DNA of 52,524 nucleotides. Source: Ascoidea asiatica JCM 7603. Its lineage: Eukaryota > Fungi > Ascomycota. Location of the stretch: NCBI GenBank assembly GCA_001600695.1, contig BCKQ01000012.1:398643-451166 (forward strand), written 5' to 3'. Shown here one piece after another: positions 23,630-36,600 of the stretch. Numbering within the stretch: the stretch's first letter is position 1; each line of letters begins with the position of its first letter. Under the pieces are notes generated by a model. That model did no database searches and was not told the DNA's origin. It saw only the letters and a program-made list of their open reading frames with translations. A program made the position numbers and the translations under genes.

Positions 23630-24335
23630 AAAGAGCGTGACAGGAGCAAGAGACGCAGCGCGGGAGGGTCACGGGACCGGCTGCTGGAAGGGGGCAGCAC
23701 GGTGGCAGCAGTCCGGTGCGCGGTTGCGTAGAGCCTGGGAGGCTGACACGGCACTGGGCAGCGGCACGGAGACGGAGCGCAGGATTGTTGGCTGTTTCGT
23801 GGTGCTTTTTGTTTGTTTTTGCTGTTCTTTGTTTGTTGTTGTTTGTTGTTGTTTGTTGTTGTTTGTTGTTTTCACCGCGGATTCATTGGTTCAGGCTGCG
23901 TTTGAGGCTGTGCTGGGGGTGTTCTGAGCAATTCCAGTGGTGCGCCCAATGGGGTTGCTGACATAAGCCACTGGGTTTCTATTTGCACGAGCTCTTGGTC
24001 GAGGCTTCTCTGGCTTTGCTATTGCCACGCTCGTACTCGGACGCGGTGGATCCGCCAAGTGCACCTGCAGCCGGCCTGCAGGCTGTGTGTGCATGTCTCA
24101 ACGCCAGCATTCCTCAATTCCGCCACTGCTGCTTAAGCCAGTATTTTGGAGTGGAAATTTGGAATTTTCTGTTACATCAACAAACAAAAAGCAAAAAGGC
24201 ACCAAGCTCAGTTTCTGGGTAACTGTCTGGGATATTTATAGATTGTATAGATTGTGCCACAATTGTAGCCACCGGATATGTTTCAGCCACCCAGCTACGG
24301 TTACAAAATTGTATCACGGAATACCTCGGAAAACT
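23630..24335. promoter_or_regulatory. GC-rich divergent control region between GAS1 and AIM41
   Basis: Sharp GC rise. Crz1-like GAGGCT (23739, 23904, 24001) and AGCCAC (23966, 24267, 24285), Rim101-like GCCAAG (24054), and an AGGGG STRE. Confidence 0.55.
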
Positions 24336-24544
24336 TAAGTAAAATTTTATTCAATTTTAATTCACTCACGTGATATAATTTTATTTAACCGATTAATTCT
24401 ATGAAGTTGAATTGAATTGAATTGAATTGAATTGAATTGAATTATTTCATTGATGCTAATGTAAATGTTCTTAAAGTAATCTAAGCCTAAGTTTATAATA
24501 GATTCTATATTCTTTAATAATAAATAATATCAATCAATAGAAAA

Positions 24545-25240
24545 ATGTTTTTATTTAAAAGGAATATAAAAAGAAACTCATTAATCTTAAATTCATTAAA
24601 TTTGAATAAATTTTCAATAAATTCAATTCAATCTCAATCAACAATCTCAAAACCAATAAATACTAATACTAATACTAATACTAATGATAATGATAATGAT
24701 AATAAAAAAATTGATAATTATGATGATTTAATTAAAGAATTAAGATTAGATTTAAAAAATTCAATGATTTCAAAAGATTCAATAAGAAAAAATTCAATAA
24801 GAAATTTATTATCAGAAATTAAAAATAATGAAATTGAATTATTATCAAATTCAAAAAATAATTTAAATTTAATAAAAAATAAATTTACTTTATTAAATTT
24901 ATTTTTAAAATTAATTAAAAAAAATAATGATTCAATAATTGAATTTAAAAAATTTAATAGAGATAATTTAATTAAAATTGAATTAAATGATTTAAATTTA
25001 AATAATTATTATTTAAATAAATTAAATATTTCAAATTCAAATCAAATTAATTCAATTATTAATAAAATTATTAATGAATTTAAATTAAATAATCAAAATA
25101 ATATAAAAAATATTTCAATTAAAAATTTATTTAATTCAATTGATTTAAAGAATATTGAAAAAGATTATAATACTTCTTCAAGTAATTTCAGACAATTATT
25201 AGTTAAAGCTTTCAATCAAGAATTCAATAAAAAAAGCTAA
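24545..25240 (+). CDS. AIM41: Mitochondrial YqeY/GatB-domain protein
   Basis: Presequence plus LRLDLKNSMISKDSIRKNSIRNLLSEIKNNEI and DSIIEFKKFNRDNLIKIE, the YqeY pattern. Confidence 0.82.
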   Translation: MFLFKRNIKRNSLILNSLNLNKFSINSIQSQSTISKPINTNTNTNTNDNDNDNKKIDNYDDLIKELRLDLKNSMISKDSIRKNSIRNLLSEIKNNEIELLSNSKNNLNLIKNKFTLLNLFLKLIKKNNDSIIEFKKFNRDNLIKIELNDLNLNNYYLNKLNISNSNQINSIINKIINEFKLNNQNNIKNISIKNLFNSIDLKNIEKDYNTSSSNFRQLLVKAFNQEFNKKS

Positions 25241-25808
25241 TACCTCTTTCATTTTTATAATCTTTATCATCTTATCATCTTGTATATATCATATTCATAT
25301 ATCATATTCATATATCATATAAATAAACCATTTTTATAAATATACCTAATATAAAAAATCGATCAAAAACAATATCCTTAGAACTGGTTTCTAGATCCAC
25401 TTCTCACGTGCTCTTCGAAAATTTTCACTCGTTTTTCCATTTACAGCCAATCATTTTCCCCGGTTTTGTTTTTTCTTCACTTTTCTTCACTTTTCTGCGG
25501 GTTTTATGTGGGTTTTATCGTTAATGCGCGCATTTATCAACGCAATTTCTATATTTTTCAATTTTCAATGAATTCTCAATGAATTCTCAATGAATTTTCA
25601 ATTCTTAATCTTTTTTTTTACACCTCACAACTTTTTTTTTTTTATTCTATTATTTTGTATTATTTTGTATTGTATTTATAATATAAATACTTTAATTATT
25701 CCAATATATTTATACTTCTAATCATATATCATATCATATCATATCATATCAAATAATATCAAATAATATCTTATTATATCAATCAATTCTCAATTATAAT
25801 TTTTAAAA

Positions 25809-26264
25809 ATGTCAACTGAAAGAACTTTTATTGCAATTAAACCAGATGGTGTTCAAAGAGGTTTAATCTCAAATATCTTAGGTAGATTTGAAAATAGAGG
25901 TTATAAATTAGTTGGAATTAAATTATGTTCACCTTCTGAAAATTTATTAAAACAACATTATGAAGATTTAACTGAAAAACCATTTTTTCCAAGTTTATTA
26001 TCTTATATGTTATCTGGTCCAGTTTTAGCAACTGTTTGGGAAGGTAAAGATGTTGTAAAACAAGGTAGATCTATTTTAGGTGCAACTAATCCTTTAAATT
26101 CTGCTCCTGGTACAATTAGAGCTGATTTTGCAATTGATATGGGTAGAAATGTTTGTCATGGTTCTGATTCTGTTGCTTCTGCAAATAGAGAAATTGATTT
26201 ATGGTTTAAAAAAGATGAATTAGTTTCTTATAAATCTGCTTTAGCTTCTTGGATTTATGAATAA
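25809..26264 (+). CDS. YNK1: Nucleoside diphosphate kinase
   Basis: [20 protein letters not shown]...PGTIRADF and NVCHGSDS with the catalytic His. Confidence 0.99.
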   Translation: MSTERTFIAIKPDGVQRGLISNILGRFENRGYKLVGIKLCSPSENLLKQHYEDLTEKPFFPSLLSYMLSGPVLATVWEGKDVVKQGRSILGATNPLNSAPGTIRADFAIDMGRNVCHGSDSVASANREIDLWFKKDELVSYKSALASWIYE

Positions 26265-26591
26265 TTTATTAATGAATAATTTATTTATCAAATTATATAT
26301 TCTATACTCTAAATTCTTATTTAATTAATCAATAAATTATATTATTTGTTATATAAAATAATTATTTAAGAATTGTTACCCGTAAATTTGAAATATTTTT
26401 ATAAACTTTAATTCCTTAATCACATGAATTTCCCTTTAAATTATGATATCTACAAGCAATATTACAACCAATATTTTTTTTTAAATTTCTATACTGTATT
26501 GTATAATAAATATTTTATTTAATTCTTTTCTAATATGATAAATCAAATTATATCAATAAAGTAATAAAGAGTTGAATATATTAAAAAAAAA

Positions 26592-27641
26592 ATGTCAAGA
26601 AATAAAGATATTGAAAAAGATTTACCAAATTTAGTTTTATCAGAACATCATCAAAATCAATTATTATCTGAATTTCAAATTTTACATTTAATTTATCATA
26701 GAAATAAAAATCAACATCATTCTTCAATATATTGGAAAAATATAAATTTATTACATCGAAATTTAAAAAAATTATTAATAAATTTTGAAAATTTAAATAA
26801 TTATTATATAAATTATAAAATTAATAAAATTAAATTTAATAATAATCAAATTAATTTAAAAATTTTAAAAAAAAATTCAATTAAAAAAATTATAGATTTA
26901 AATAAAAAAATTATAAAATTTTCAAATTTTATTAATAATAAATTAATTAAAGATTCATATTATAAATTTCATGGAATTTTAAAATTATCTCAATTTATAT
27001 CTTTAGGATTTTCATTAATTGGAATAATCTCTAAAGTTTCAAATATTTTATTAAAAGTTAAAGATTCTAATACTTTATCAATAAGTAATATTAATATAAG
27101 TAGTAATAATAGTAATAAAGCAAATAAAAAAAATAAAACTAAAAATAAATTAAGCGCTGATATTCAAAATGTTATTGAAGATAATAATGATATTGGAATA
27201 GAAATTAAAAATGAAACTGAAGTTATTGAAGATAATTTAAATAATAATGAAAATTCAATTATATCATATTCTATTGAAAACAATATAATTTCAAAAAAGG
27301 AATTGAAAAAAAAATCAAAAATGAAATCAAAAGACTCAAAATCTATTATAAATGATATATTCAATTCAAATTCCAATAGTGATATAGTTCAGAATGAAGT
27401 TTTTGATAATAAAGAAACTGAAAATAAAGATTTACTTCTCAAAGAAGATACAACAAACATTCAAAATCCAAACAAACCCTCAGATTTATCCACTTCTCCC
27501 AAGATTTCAAAAGCTTCAAAAGCTTCAAAAGCTTCAAAAACTTCAAAAACTTCAAAGAAATCTAAAATCTCAAAGCCAGAGAAATCGAAGAAAAAGAAGA
27601 AATCGTCTAAAAAAGCAATGGCTGATATTTTTGGGTTCTGA
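26592..27641 (+). CDS. RMP1: RNase MRP protein subunit Rmp1
   Basis: EFQILHLIYHRNKNQH...W and YYKFHGILKLSQFISLGFSLIG, then a Lys-rich tail ending DIFG. The promoter has Reb1-like TTACCCG (26376) and RRPE-like TGAAATATTTT (26389). Confidence 0.9.
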   Translation: MSRNKDIEKDLPNLVLSEHHQNQLLSEFQILHLIYHRNKNQHHSSIYWKNINLLHRNLKKLLINFENLNNYYINYKINKIKFNNNQINLKILKKNSIKKIIDLNKKIIKFSNFINNKLIKDSYYKFHGILKLSQFISLGFSLIGIISKVSNILLKVKDSNTLSISNINISSNNSNKANKKNKTKNKLSADIQNVIEDNNDIGIEIKNETEVIEDNLNNNENSIISYSIENNIISKKELKKKSKMKSKDSKSIINDIFNSNSNSDIVQNEVFDNKETENKDLLLKEDTTNIQNPNKPSDLSTSPKISKASKASKASKTSKTSKKSKISKPEKSKKKKKSSKKAMADIFGF

Positions 27642-28235
27642 AAGTTGAAAGTTGAAAGTTGAAAGTTGAAAGTTGCTGCTGGTGAGAGTTTTCTTTTTAG
27701 TGGCACTTTCAGCTTCTTCTCCGCAGACGCACCAAAATCACCAAATTCACCAAATTCACCAACACAAACAGCAGAAACACCGACAAAAGCCAGCAAAGTC
27801 TTTTTTTTTCCTTTCTCTTTTGTTTTGTTTTGTGTAACTGGTGAATTCTCCAGTCTCCAATGTCCTTTCAGAGCCAATGGAATAATCAAAGTAATAATCA
27901 AAGTAATAATCAAAGTAATAATAAAAATAATAAAAGTAATATCAAAAGTAACCAGAATTTCATTCATTTGTGTAATAAGTTCAAATTCTATTAAAAAAAG
28001 TTTCTTTAAAATGATTGGAAATTACTCAATTTTTTTAAAATTTTTTTATTTTCTAAATTTTAATTTTTTATAATTTTTATCAATTATTTATGAAATCTAA
28101 TAAAAAAGGAAATATATAATTATATTATATTATATTTTATGATATATATATATTCGTAATTAAATAAATAAAAAAAAAAAAAAATAATTTAAATTTGCTT
28201 AATTTTTTTCATTAATTTGCTTAATTTATTTCAAG

Positions 28236-28367
28236 ATGCATTCACCTAGATTTAAATTAAATATTATTTTAATAAGTTTTTTATTTTCTCATTTATTAAT
28301 TGTTTCTGCTCTTAATCAATCACTAAAAAATAAAGTATATAAAGAAAATTATATTAAAGTTAATGAT

Positions 28368-28414
<47 letters not shown>

Positions 28415-29273
28415 TAATGTTAATGGTAATGAAAAAGATAATGTTGTTTATATAACAGTTCCAGAAACTCAAATTATTACAGTTACTACCACTGTTACTT
28501 ATGGTTATGAAGATGGAGAAAATAAAACAAAATCATTTGAACCAATTAGTAGTGTTACTGTTATACCAGAAAAACCAAAAGAAGAAATTCAACCAGAACC
28601 TATTCCAGAACCAATTGTAGAACCAATTACAGAACCTACTCCAGCTCCACCAGCTCCTGCTCCACATCCTCCAGCAGATTCACAATATCCTTCACCTCCA
28701 CCTCCAGCACCAGCACCAGAACCTCATCCAGAACCTAATCCACATCCTCCACCAACAGTAACTCCAACTCCAACTCCAGTTCCTGCTCCACATCCTCCAA
28801 GTGATGAAATAATTGTACCTACTGTTGAAGTATCTAGTACTATTAATATTAGTACCATTACAACTAATACTGTAGAAGAAGAAGTTACATTTTATATTCC
28901 TGATAAAAATTTAGAAACATTAATTGGTGGTAATACACACACTGGTTCTTCAACTTATAAAAATAGACAATTAGTTGAATATCCAACAGGTTTAGCAGGA
29001 AAAAATTATACAGATAAAAATTATTTAAATGAAAATAATAAAAATAATGTAAATTATAATAATAGTAATAATAATTCAAGTAGTAATAAAGAAATTGGAG
29101 ATTCAAATGATGATGATATTTTTAATGATATGATTAAAAATAATGATAATAATGAGAATAGTAATTCTCCACAATCACAATCACCAGAAACATTTTTAAA
29201 TAGTGGTTTCAAATATAGTTTTAATTCAATTATTTTTATTGGATCTCTGTTTTTACTTTTATTAGTATGTTAA
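28236..29273 (+). CDS. Pro/Thr-rich putative GPI-anchored cell-surface protein
   Basis: Signal peptide, poly-Asn, VVYITV..ITVTTTV, PEP/PAPHPP repeats, then NSG and a hydrophobic tail. Confidence 0.8.
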
Positions 29274-30960
29274 TTTCCAATTTTAAAATTCAAAATTTAA
29301 GATTCAAGATTTAAAAATTAAAAAGAACTCAATCATTTAGATTGATTCATTTATTATATACAGTATTTATATGTTTATGTTTATGTTTATGTTTATGTTT
29401 ATTATTTATTATTTATTATTTATTAGTTTATTAGTTTATTTCCCAAAAGGGGAAAGGTTTATTCAAAATTATAACTTTACAGAAATAAAATGACAATTAA
29501 GAGTTTAAAATATAAAATAAAAACTTGTAGATGAAAGTGAATATTCCTAATATTACTTTCATGAAACCTTCGTTGGTTCTCAGACTGTCTCTAGACACAG
29601 TAAAATCACCAAAATCACCAAAATCACCAAAAAGAACAGAACAGAACAAAACACAGCACTAATCGCAGCAGCGCAATAGTTTAATAATGCGTACAATACT
29701 GCGTAAAAATTATTTATCCGCCATTTCCGTGTGGGTTTTATTTTTTTATTTATTTCCGCGTACCGGATTATTATATTCATAGTCACGTGCCCATAGACCG
29801 GCTTACAGTTGCATATTTACTTCCAACTGTGCAGCAGCGCTAAGTTTTTGTGATTTTTGTGTTTTTGTTTTTTGTTTTTTGTTTTTTGTGTTTTTTGCGC
29901 GGGCGCCGCCGGTGTGAATTTGCTCGCTCGACGACTGCCAAAAACTCACACGCAGCAGAAGCAGCAAAGGAAGCAGCAGTCAACGAGAAGAGAACTTGAA
30001 CAGCTTCCATAACTCAGACAGCTGAAGGAAGTGAACAAGCTGAGCAGTGTAAAAGGAAGAGTGTAAATGGAAGAGTGTAAATGGAGCAGTGAAGATTTGA
30101 GAGCTGAAAATGGGCACTTTTCCAGGAATTTTCTTTCGTTTCAAGCCAGAAAGAAGCAAATTTTCTAAATTTCAGATTTAACGCGACTTTTCAGTCATTT
30201 GAGAAAACGCAAACTGAAAATATAATTCAATTTACAACACTTTTGGAAGTTGATAATATAACATTTGATGTAATAATATAATATAATATAATATAATATA
30301 ATAATAGTAGATATAATACGAATTGTCTTTAAAGTGTAAAAGAAAATACTAATTACAATTATAAAAAACTGAAGTTAACTAATAAATTCATTGATATTCT
30401 TCTTAGTTAAATTTTTAAAGCAAAAAAAATCAAAATTTGAGCGAAAATTTTAAATTACTTACAATTTAATCGGAATTCATTCAATATTTTCAAGTTTTCT
30501 GCCTTTTTTTTTTATTAGAAATTGTTATTTACAGTAATAATTATAATAATAATAATATTATTATTGACAATCAATATTAATATATCATTAACAATATAAC
30601 AATATCAATAAAAATTAAATGGAATTAATTTGAATTTGAATTATATTTCAAATTATATTTCAATTATTTAATATTAACTTATTTAATCCTGTAAATAAAT
30701 ATACTTAACATTATAAAACTATTACATTTCTTTAATTAATCAAAATAACTAACGTTACTCAATCTATCTCATTTTAAATAATAATATCTTCATTTATTTA
30801 TTTCTCAATCAATCAATCAATCAATCATCAATCAATCATCAATCAATCATCAATCAATCAATCAATTAATATATTAATCAACTAATCAATTATTTGCTTG
30901 ATAAAGCTTTTTATAATATAAATATAAATACAATTTGAATTCCAAAATAATATTATGAAA

Positions 30961-31685
30961 ATGAGTGAAGTAAGTACTTTTTTTTTATATTATATCTTTA
31001 TATTATATCTTTATTTATATTATTATTATATATACTAACTAATTATTATATATTATATAGGTTAAAAGAACTATTAGAGTAACTACAATTCAAAATATAA
31101 CTGATATGCCAGTTGTTGAAGAAGGTTTTCCAGTAAGAAAATGGTCAATTGATATTAAAATGCTTGATTCAAATGGTAATGAAATTCCTGCAAATGTTTT
31201 TGATAAAGTTACTTATCATTTACATCCAACTTTTGTAAATCCAATTAAAACTGTTAAAAAACCTCCTTTTAAAATTATTGAACATGGTTGGGGTGAATTT
31301 GATTTATCAATTAATTTACATTTAATTGATAAAGCTGGTGAAAAAATTATTGATCATGATTTAAATTTTAAACAAAATAAATATATAAATGATCATATTT
31401 TAACTTTTCCAACAAATAAACCAAAATTAGCTAAAATTTTACAAGAAAGTGGTTCAGTACCAATTTTAGATAATAATAATACTAATACTAATAAATTAAA
31501 TAATTCTTTAAATGATATTAATAATTCAATTAATAATATTAATAATAATACAAATAATACAAATAATACAAATAATAATAATATTAAAAATGATATTGAA
31601 CCTCAGACTGAGATACTAAGGAATAATAATATAAATAATGGAAATGAAACTTTAAATGGAAATGGAATAACAACATCAAATGAAT

Positions 31686-31724
<39 letters not shown>

Positions 31725-32065
31725 GTAATTCAATTGGTGATAAAAGAAAAAATAATACAAATGATATAAAAAATAAAAAACAAAAATTATCAAATAATAA
31801 TAATAATAATAATAATCATAATTATCAATCTTCATCTGCAGCAATGAAAGGTTCAATTAATTTAGAAAAATTAGCAAATGGTTTAACAAAATTATCTGAA
31901 GATGATTTATTAGGTGTTGTTCAAATGGTAACTGATAATAAAACTGGTGAAATGTCAATTAATAATAATGTCAATGAAGGTGAATTCACTATGGATTTAT
32001 ATACTTTTCCAGATGCTTTATTAAAAAGTTTATGGGATTATGTTTCAAAAAAAGCAAATTTATAA
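30961..32065 (+). CDS. TAF14: YEATS/ET-domain protein Taf14; exons 30961-30969 and 31061-32065
   Basis: ATG AGT GAA|GTAAGT...TACTAAC (31033)...TAG|GTT gives MSEVKRTIRV. YEATS motifs YHLHPTF and GWGEF, and C-terminal ET domain LEKLANGLTKLSEDDLLGVVQMV. An in-frame ATG also lies at 30955. Confidence 0.96.
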
Positions 32066-33625
32066 TTATAATTTTTTATAATTTAATTTAATTTAATTTA
32101 ATTAGTTAATTATTATATTTGTTTATTATATCTGTTTATTACTATTACTATTACTATTATTATCACTATTATTACTTTTACTTTTACTTTTACTATTATA
32201 GTTTTTTTTTTTTTTGTTTTCAAGAATTTATATAAATAATACTAAATTTATATACGTAATTAATTCTATTCAATATTATTGTAATCAAATATATCTTTAA
32301 TTATTCTAATAATTTTTAACATATTATTTGTTTTGTTGTCCTTTTTAGTTTAGAAAACATACTCAAATTCATCATTTTTTTTATATTTTCTACATTTGGT
32401 TTAATTTCCTTGTTTTGGGATTAACATAACATACTTTTACAAAATATTATCAATAAACAATTTATTTTATTTTAATTGCAAATCATTATCATTTAACAAG
32501 GAATATCAATTCATTATTCAATTTACTTAAGAAATATCTACTGAGTTCTTAATAAACTTCCATAAAACCAGGATTTAATGACTGAATGCAGCTTCAACAT
32601 TTTAAAAGCATTTTATTTTAAAGCATTTTCAAAGCACTTTCAAAACCATTGCAATTTTTTCAAAAGATCACAAATTTAGAAAAATTTCTCCGATTTCAAC
32701 CAAGAAAATTTTAAATGATCACGTGGAAATAAAATAAAAACCACGGCTGTGGATGCTTCCAGATAATGTCATCTGAGGCAGAAAAAACATCACTTTACCT
32801 TAAACTCCAAGTTTGTGGATTTAATATGTTTATGCAACTTTTGCATACTTTTACGTACTACTAAATTGCACTACGTTATTTTGCATTGACCCACAAAACT
32901 GGCTTTTTCCTTTATTTTTTTTTTTTTTTTTATTACGTTCTCTTACATTTTTAATTTTTCTATTTTCTATCTGATAATTAAACTATAAAACAGTAAAACA
33001 GTAAATATAAAACCTAGAATATAAAAACAACAAAAAGGATATAAAAACTAAAACATTAAGCATTAAAATCTAAAACAGTAAGACATTTACTGATTTGAAA
33101 TGAGAAAAAAAACTAAAAAAATTACAATTTACAATGTACAATTAAAAAAAAAAAAAAAAAAAAATAAAACAAAAATTTGATTGGAATGAATTAGATTAAA
33201 ATAATTGTCACTCATATTCAGAAAAAAGATTTCTCAAATTCCAATTATCAACTCAAACATTAGCCTTATAAGTTGAGAAAACTCATTCATTGATTTATTA
33301 TATTCTTTAACAATCATTCGAGGAATTTATCGAATTAAACTTGAAAGGGATTTTACTGATCATCTTTAACTTTTTCTTTATAGTCCATTAAAGTTAATTA
33401 TTACTCTTAAATTAAAATTCTTTTGATTTAAGTCCATTTTAATTCAAAGATTAGTCTATCTGATAAATTAAAATTCTCAATTTCTATCTGAAAACTTATA
33501 TGACAAGTAAGTAGTATGCAAATAATTATCATGGCTCATTATTAAATAGAAATTGTGTTAAATTGAGATTATCTTATATCTTAAATTTTCTTTTGTTTCC
33601 CTTTTTGGAAAACCTAAATTCTCAT

Positions 33626-36600
33626 CTATACACAATTATATTCATTGATATTAAAATTTTCATCAGTTTCAAAAATTGAAATTTTAATCAAAACTTTTTC
33701 ATTATTTTTAATTTTATTAACATATAATCCAATATTTTCAAAATGATTATTTGCATCAATTACTAATTTCATTATATTTTCAAAATGTAAACTTGCAAGT
33801 TTGTTATTTAATCCAATCATTTTACTTAATAAACTTAAACAATTTTTAACTCCATTAATATTATGATTCATAGTTTTAAAATCTTCTTTTAAACTTTCTT
33901 TATTGAAATTCAATGTTAAAATTTCCATAATAAATACAATTGATGATGATAAAATATCTTCAAGAAAATGTGTACCAAATTGACATAAAAACTCTTTATT
34001 TAATATTTTTTTGATTAATTTAATACTTTCATGAGCAGATTTTGAGCATAATTTGATTAATAATTTTGTAAAATCATCTAATGGTTTAATTGCTTCATAT
34101 AATAAATTCTTCTCTCCATATTTATATTGATTTTCTGATAATTTTAGTCTGTTTTCTGTTAAATGCAACAATACTGGCATTGTGACTAAATGAATGTATC
34201 TACAATAATTTAAATTCATTGAAGAGATAAACTTATCAGATAAAGTTTGATTACCAAATTCATTATCATTTTCATTATCATAGTAATTATCCAGATTATC
34301 ATCCTTATTATTATTATTATTACTATTTTTCTCAATATTATTCTTGATTTCGTTATTCTTATCATTTAAATTTTGATTTTCGATTTTAATTTTATCATTA
34401 TCTTCAATTTTTTTTAAATCTTTTGATAAGTCTTCTTTCCAATGTAAAAATCTTTTGATAAATCTTGAAATTTTTTCTAAGAAACAATCTTGTGTATGTT
34501 TATGAATTTCATTATTATCATAATGTTCAATTGAATTATCACCATTAGTATATTTTTTAAGATAAATACAATTTAAAACATCTTCAGCCAATTTATTCAA
34601 TTCAATAAATTTATAAAATAAATTCAAGTTTATTTCACTTTTTGAGTTAACTGGATAATTTGTTTTAATATTTCTAAAATTTAAAAAAACTGGTCTACCG
34701 GATTTTACAGCATTATTTCTATTCATACAATAACATGACCACCATAATTCTCTAATTCTATTAATTTCTTTATCATTATTATAATCATCAAAATCAGAAG
34801 TAAAATTACAAATCACAGAAGATTCTTCATGAAGTTGTAAAGATATTGAAATATTCATTGCAAGATTTGAATATAATAATGAAATTTCTTTTTCTCCAGC
34901 CATTTTAAAATAAAATGAAATTAAAAGATAAACTTCAATAATTTCAATAGTACCAAAAAATGTATTATATAAAACAGGTAAATTTGATATACATTCTTGA
35001 ATATAAATTAAGCCAGGTAAATTTTTTTTATTAACTTCATTAATTGGAGAAATATAATTTAAGTTTTCATTATCATTATTATTTGATTGATTATTTGATT
35101 GATTATTTAAGAAAAATTTATTATCAAATAATTTTCCTAAAGCAATTAAAACACAAAATTTATTATACCAAAATTTATTATCAATTAAATTTTTTAAGTA
35201 TAAAAAGTCATTATTTGAAAAGATTGATTGATCTTTTTGAAAATTTGGTTTTAAGAATTGATTTGAATTTTGATTTGAATAAATATAAAAAAAGGGTAAT
35301 AAATTTTTAAAAAAAATATTAATTTGTTTTTTATATTGAATTTTATCAATTGGAAAATAACTTGAATCTATTACTATTGACATTGTTAAAAAATTATCTA
35401 AATAATTTAATAAAATTTTTGAAGATAAATTTTGAAATAAAGATTTATCAATTGTTATTAAAGGAGAAGAATATAGTGAAGAAGAATATGTCGAAGAAGT
35501 ATATGAAGAAAATGGAATTGAATTAGTTTGTTTAATTGAATCAGGATTTGAATTTGGAGAAGAACAAGAAGATGATGAAGAAGAAGATAAAGATAAAGAA
35601 GAAAGATAAGTTGGAGAAGTTGAATTAGTATTATTAGTTGTTAAAGTATTATTAGTATTCGAAGAAGATGAAGAAGAAGGAGAAGTTGTAGAATTTGAGG
35701 AATGTAAAGGAGCTAATAAAAAAGATGAAGCTGAAGATAAATTATGAGAATGAAAATGATTATGATTATGAGGATGACCATGAGTTGGATTATAAATATG
35801 AGTTGGAGAATGAGAATGAGAATGTGAATGATCATCTAAATCTAAATTTGAAATAAGTTTATTTTTTATACTATCTAAATCATTTTTAATATTTTTTTCT
35901 GAATCGTTATTATTATTTTTTATGGATTGATCATTATCTAAAGTGAATAATTTTTTCTTCTTTTTTTTGATATTTTTATTTATATTTTTCTTTTGATTAT
36001 TTTCTATTATTTTTTGATTTGAATTAGTATTTGAATTTGAATTTGAATTTAAATTTGAGTTTGAGTTTGAGTTTGATTGAGATTGTAATAATAATTGAAA
36101 TTGTAAGAAATTTAATTTTTTTTTTAAATTTGAAAGATATTTTTCATTAACAGTAATTTTTTTTAAATTTGAGATAAAAACGCAAGAATTATTTGATAAT
36201 TTACAAGATCTACAAGGATAATCACCAGAACATTTTGTTTTTCTTTTCTTACATCTTTCACAAGCTTTTTTAACTCTTGATGGATTATAATTTGATATAG
36301 GTATTTGCTGATTAGATTGAATTTGTTGAATTTGGTTTTGGTTTTGATTTTGATTTTGAATTTGAATTTGATTTTGATTTGGCTGAAGTTGTTGAGATTG
36401 AGATTGTATTTGAGATTGAAATTGTAAAGGGTTATTATTTGTTAATAAATTTGAGTTTGTATTTGTTTGATGAACTTTGAATAAAGTTAAAGGCGGCAAC
36501 GAGCTTTTATTATTATTTATATTGTTGTTTATATTATGTATATTATCTTTTTGTAATTCATTAGTAGTTATATTATCAATATCATTATCGTTATCATTAT

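Noticed and set aside
23445-24338. Many overlapping short ORFs
   Set aside because: By-product of stop-codon scarcity in a GC island; codon usage is unlike real genes and no domains are evident.
24366-26426. RTCACRTG sites as point-centromere CDEI
   Set aside because: No correctly spaced CDEIII was seen and the motif recurs in many promoters; better explained as Cbf1 sites.
27164-28073. ORFs overlapping the RMP1 3' end and downstream spacer
   Set aside because: Repeat-driven, low-complexity frames with no family signal.
32400-32430. Minus-strand MLIPKQ resembling the Rps10 start
   Set aside because: Stops after 8 codons, with no splice donor or second exon.
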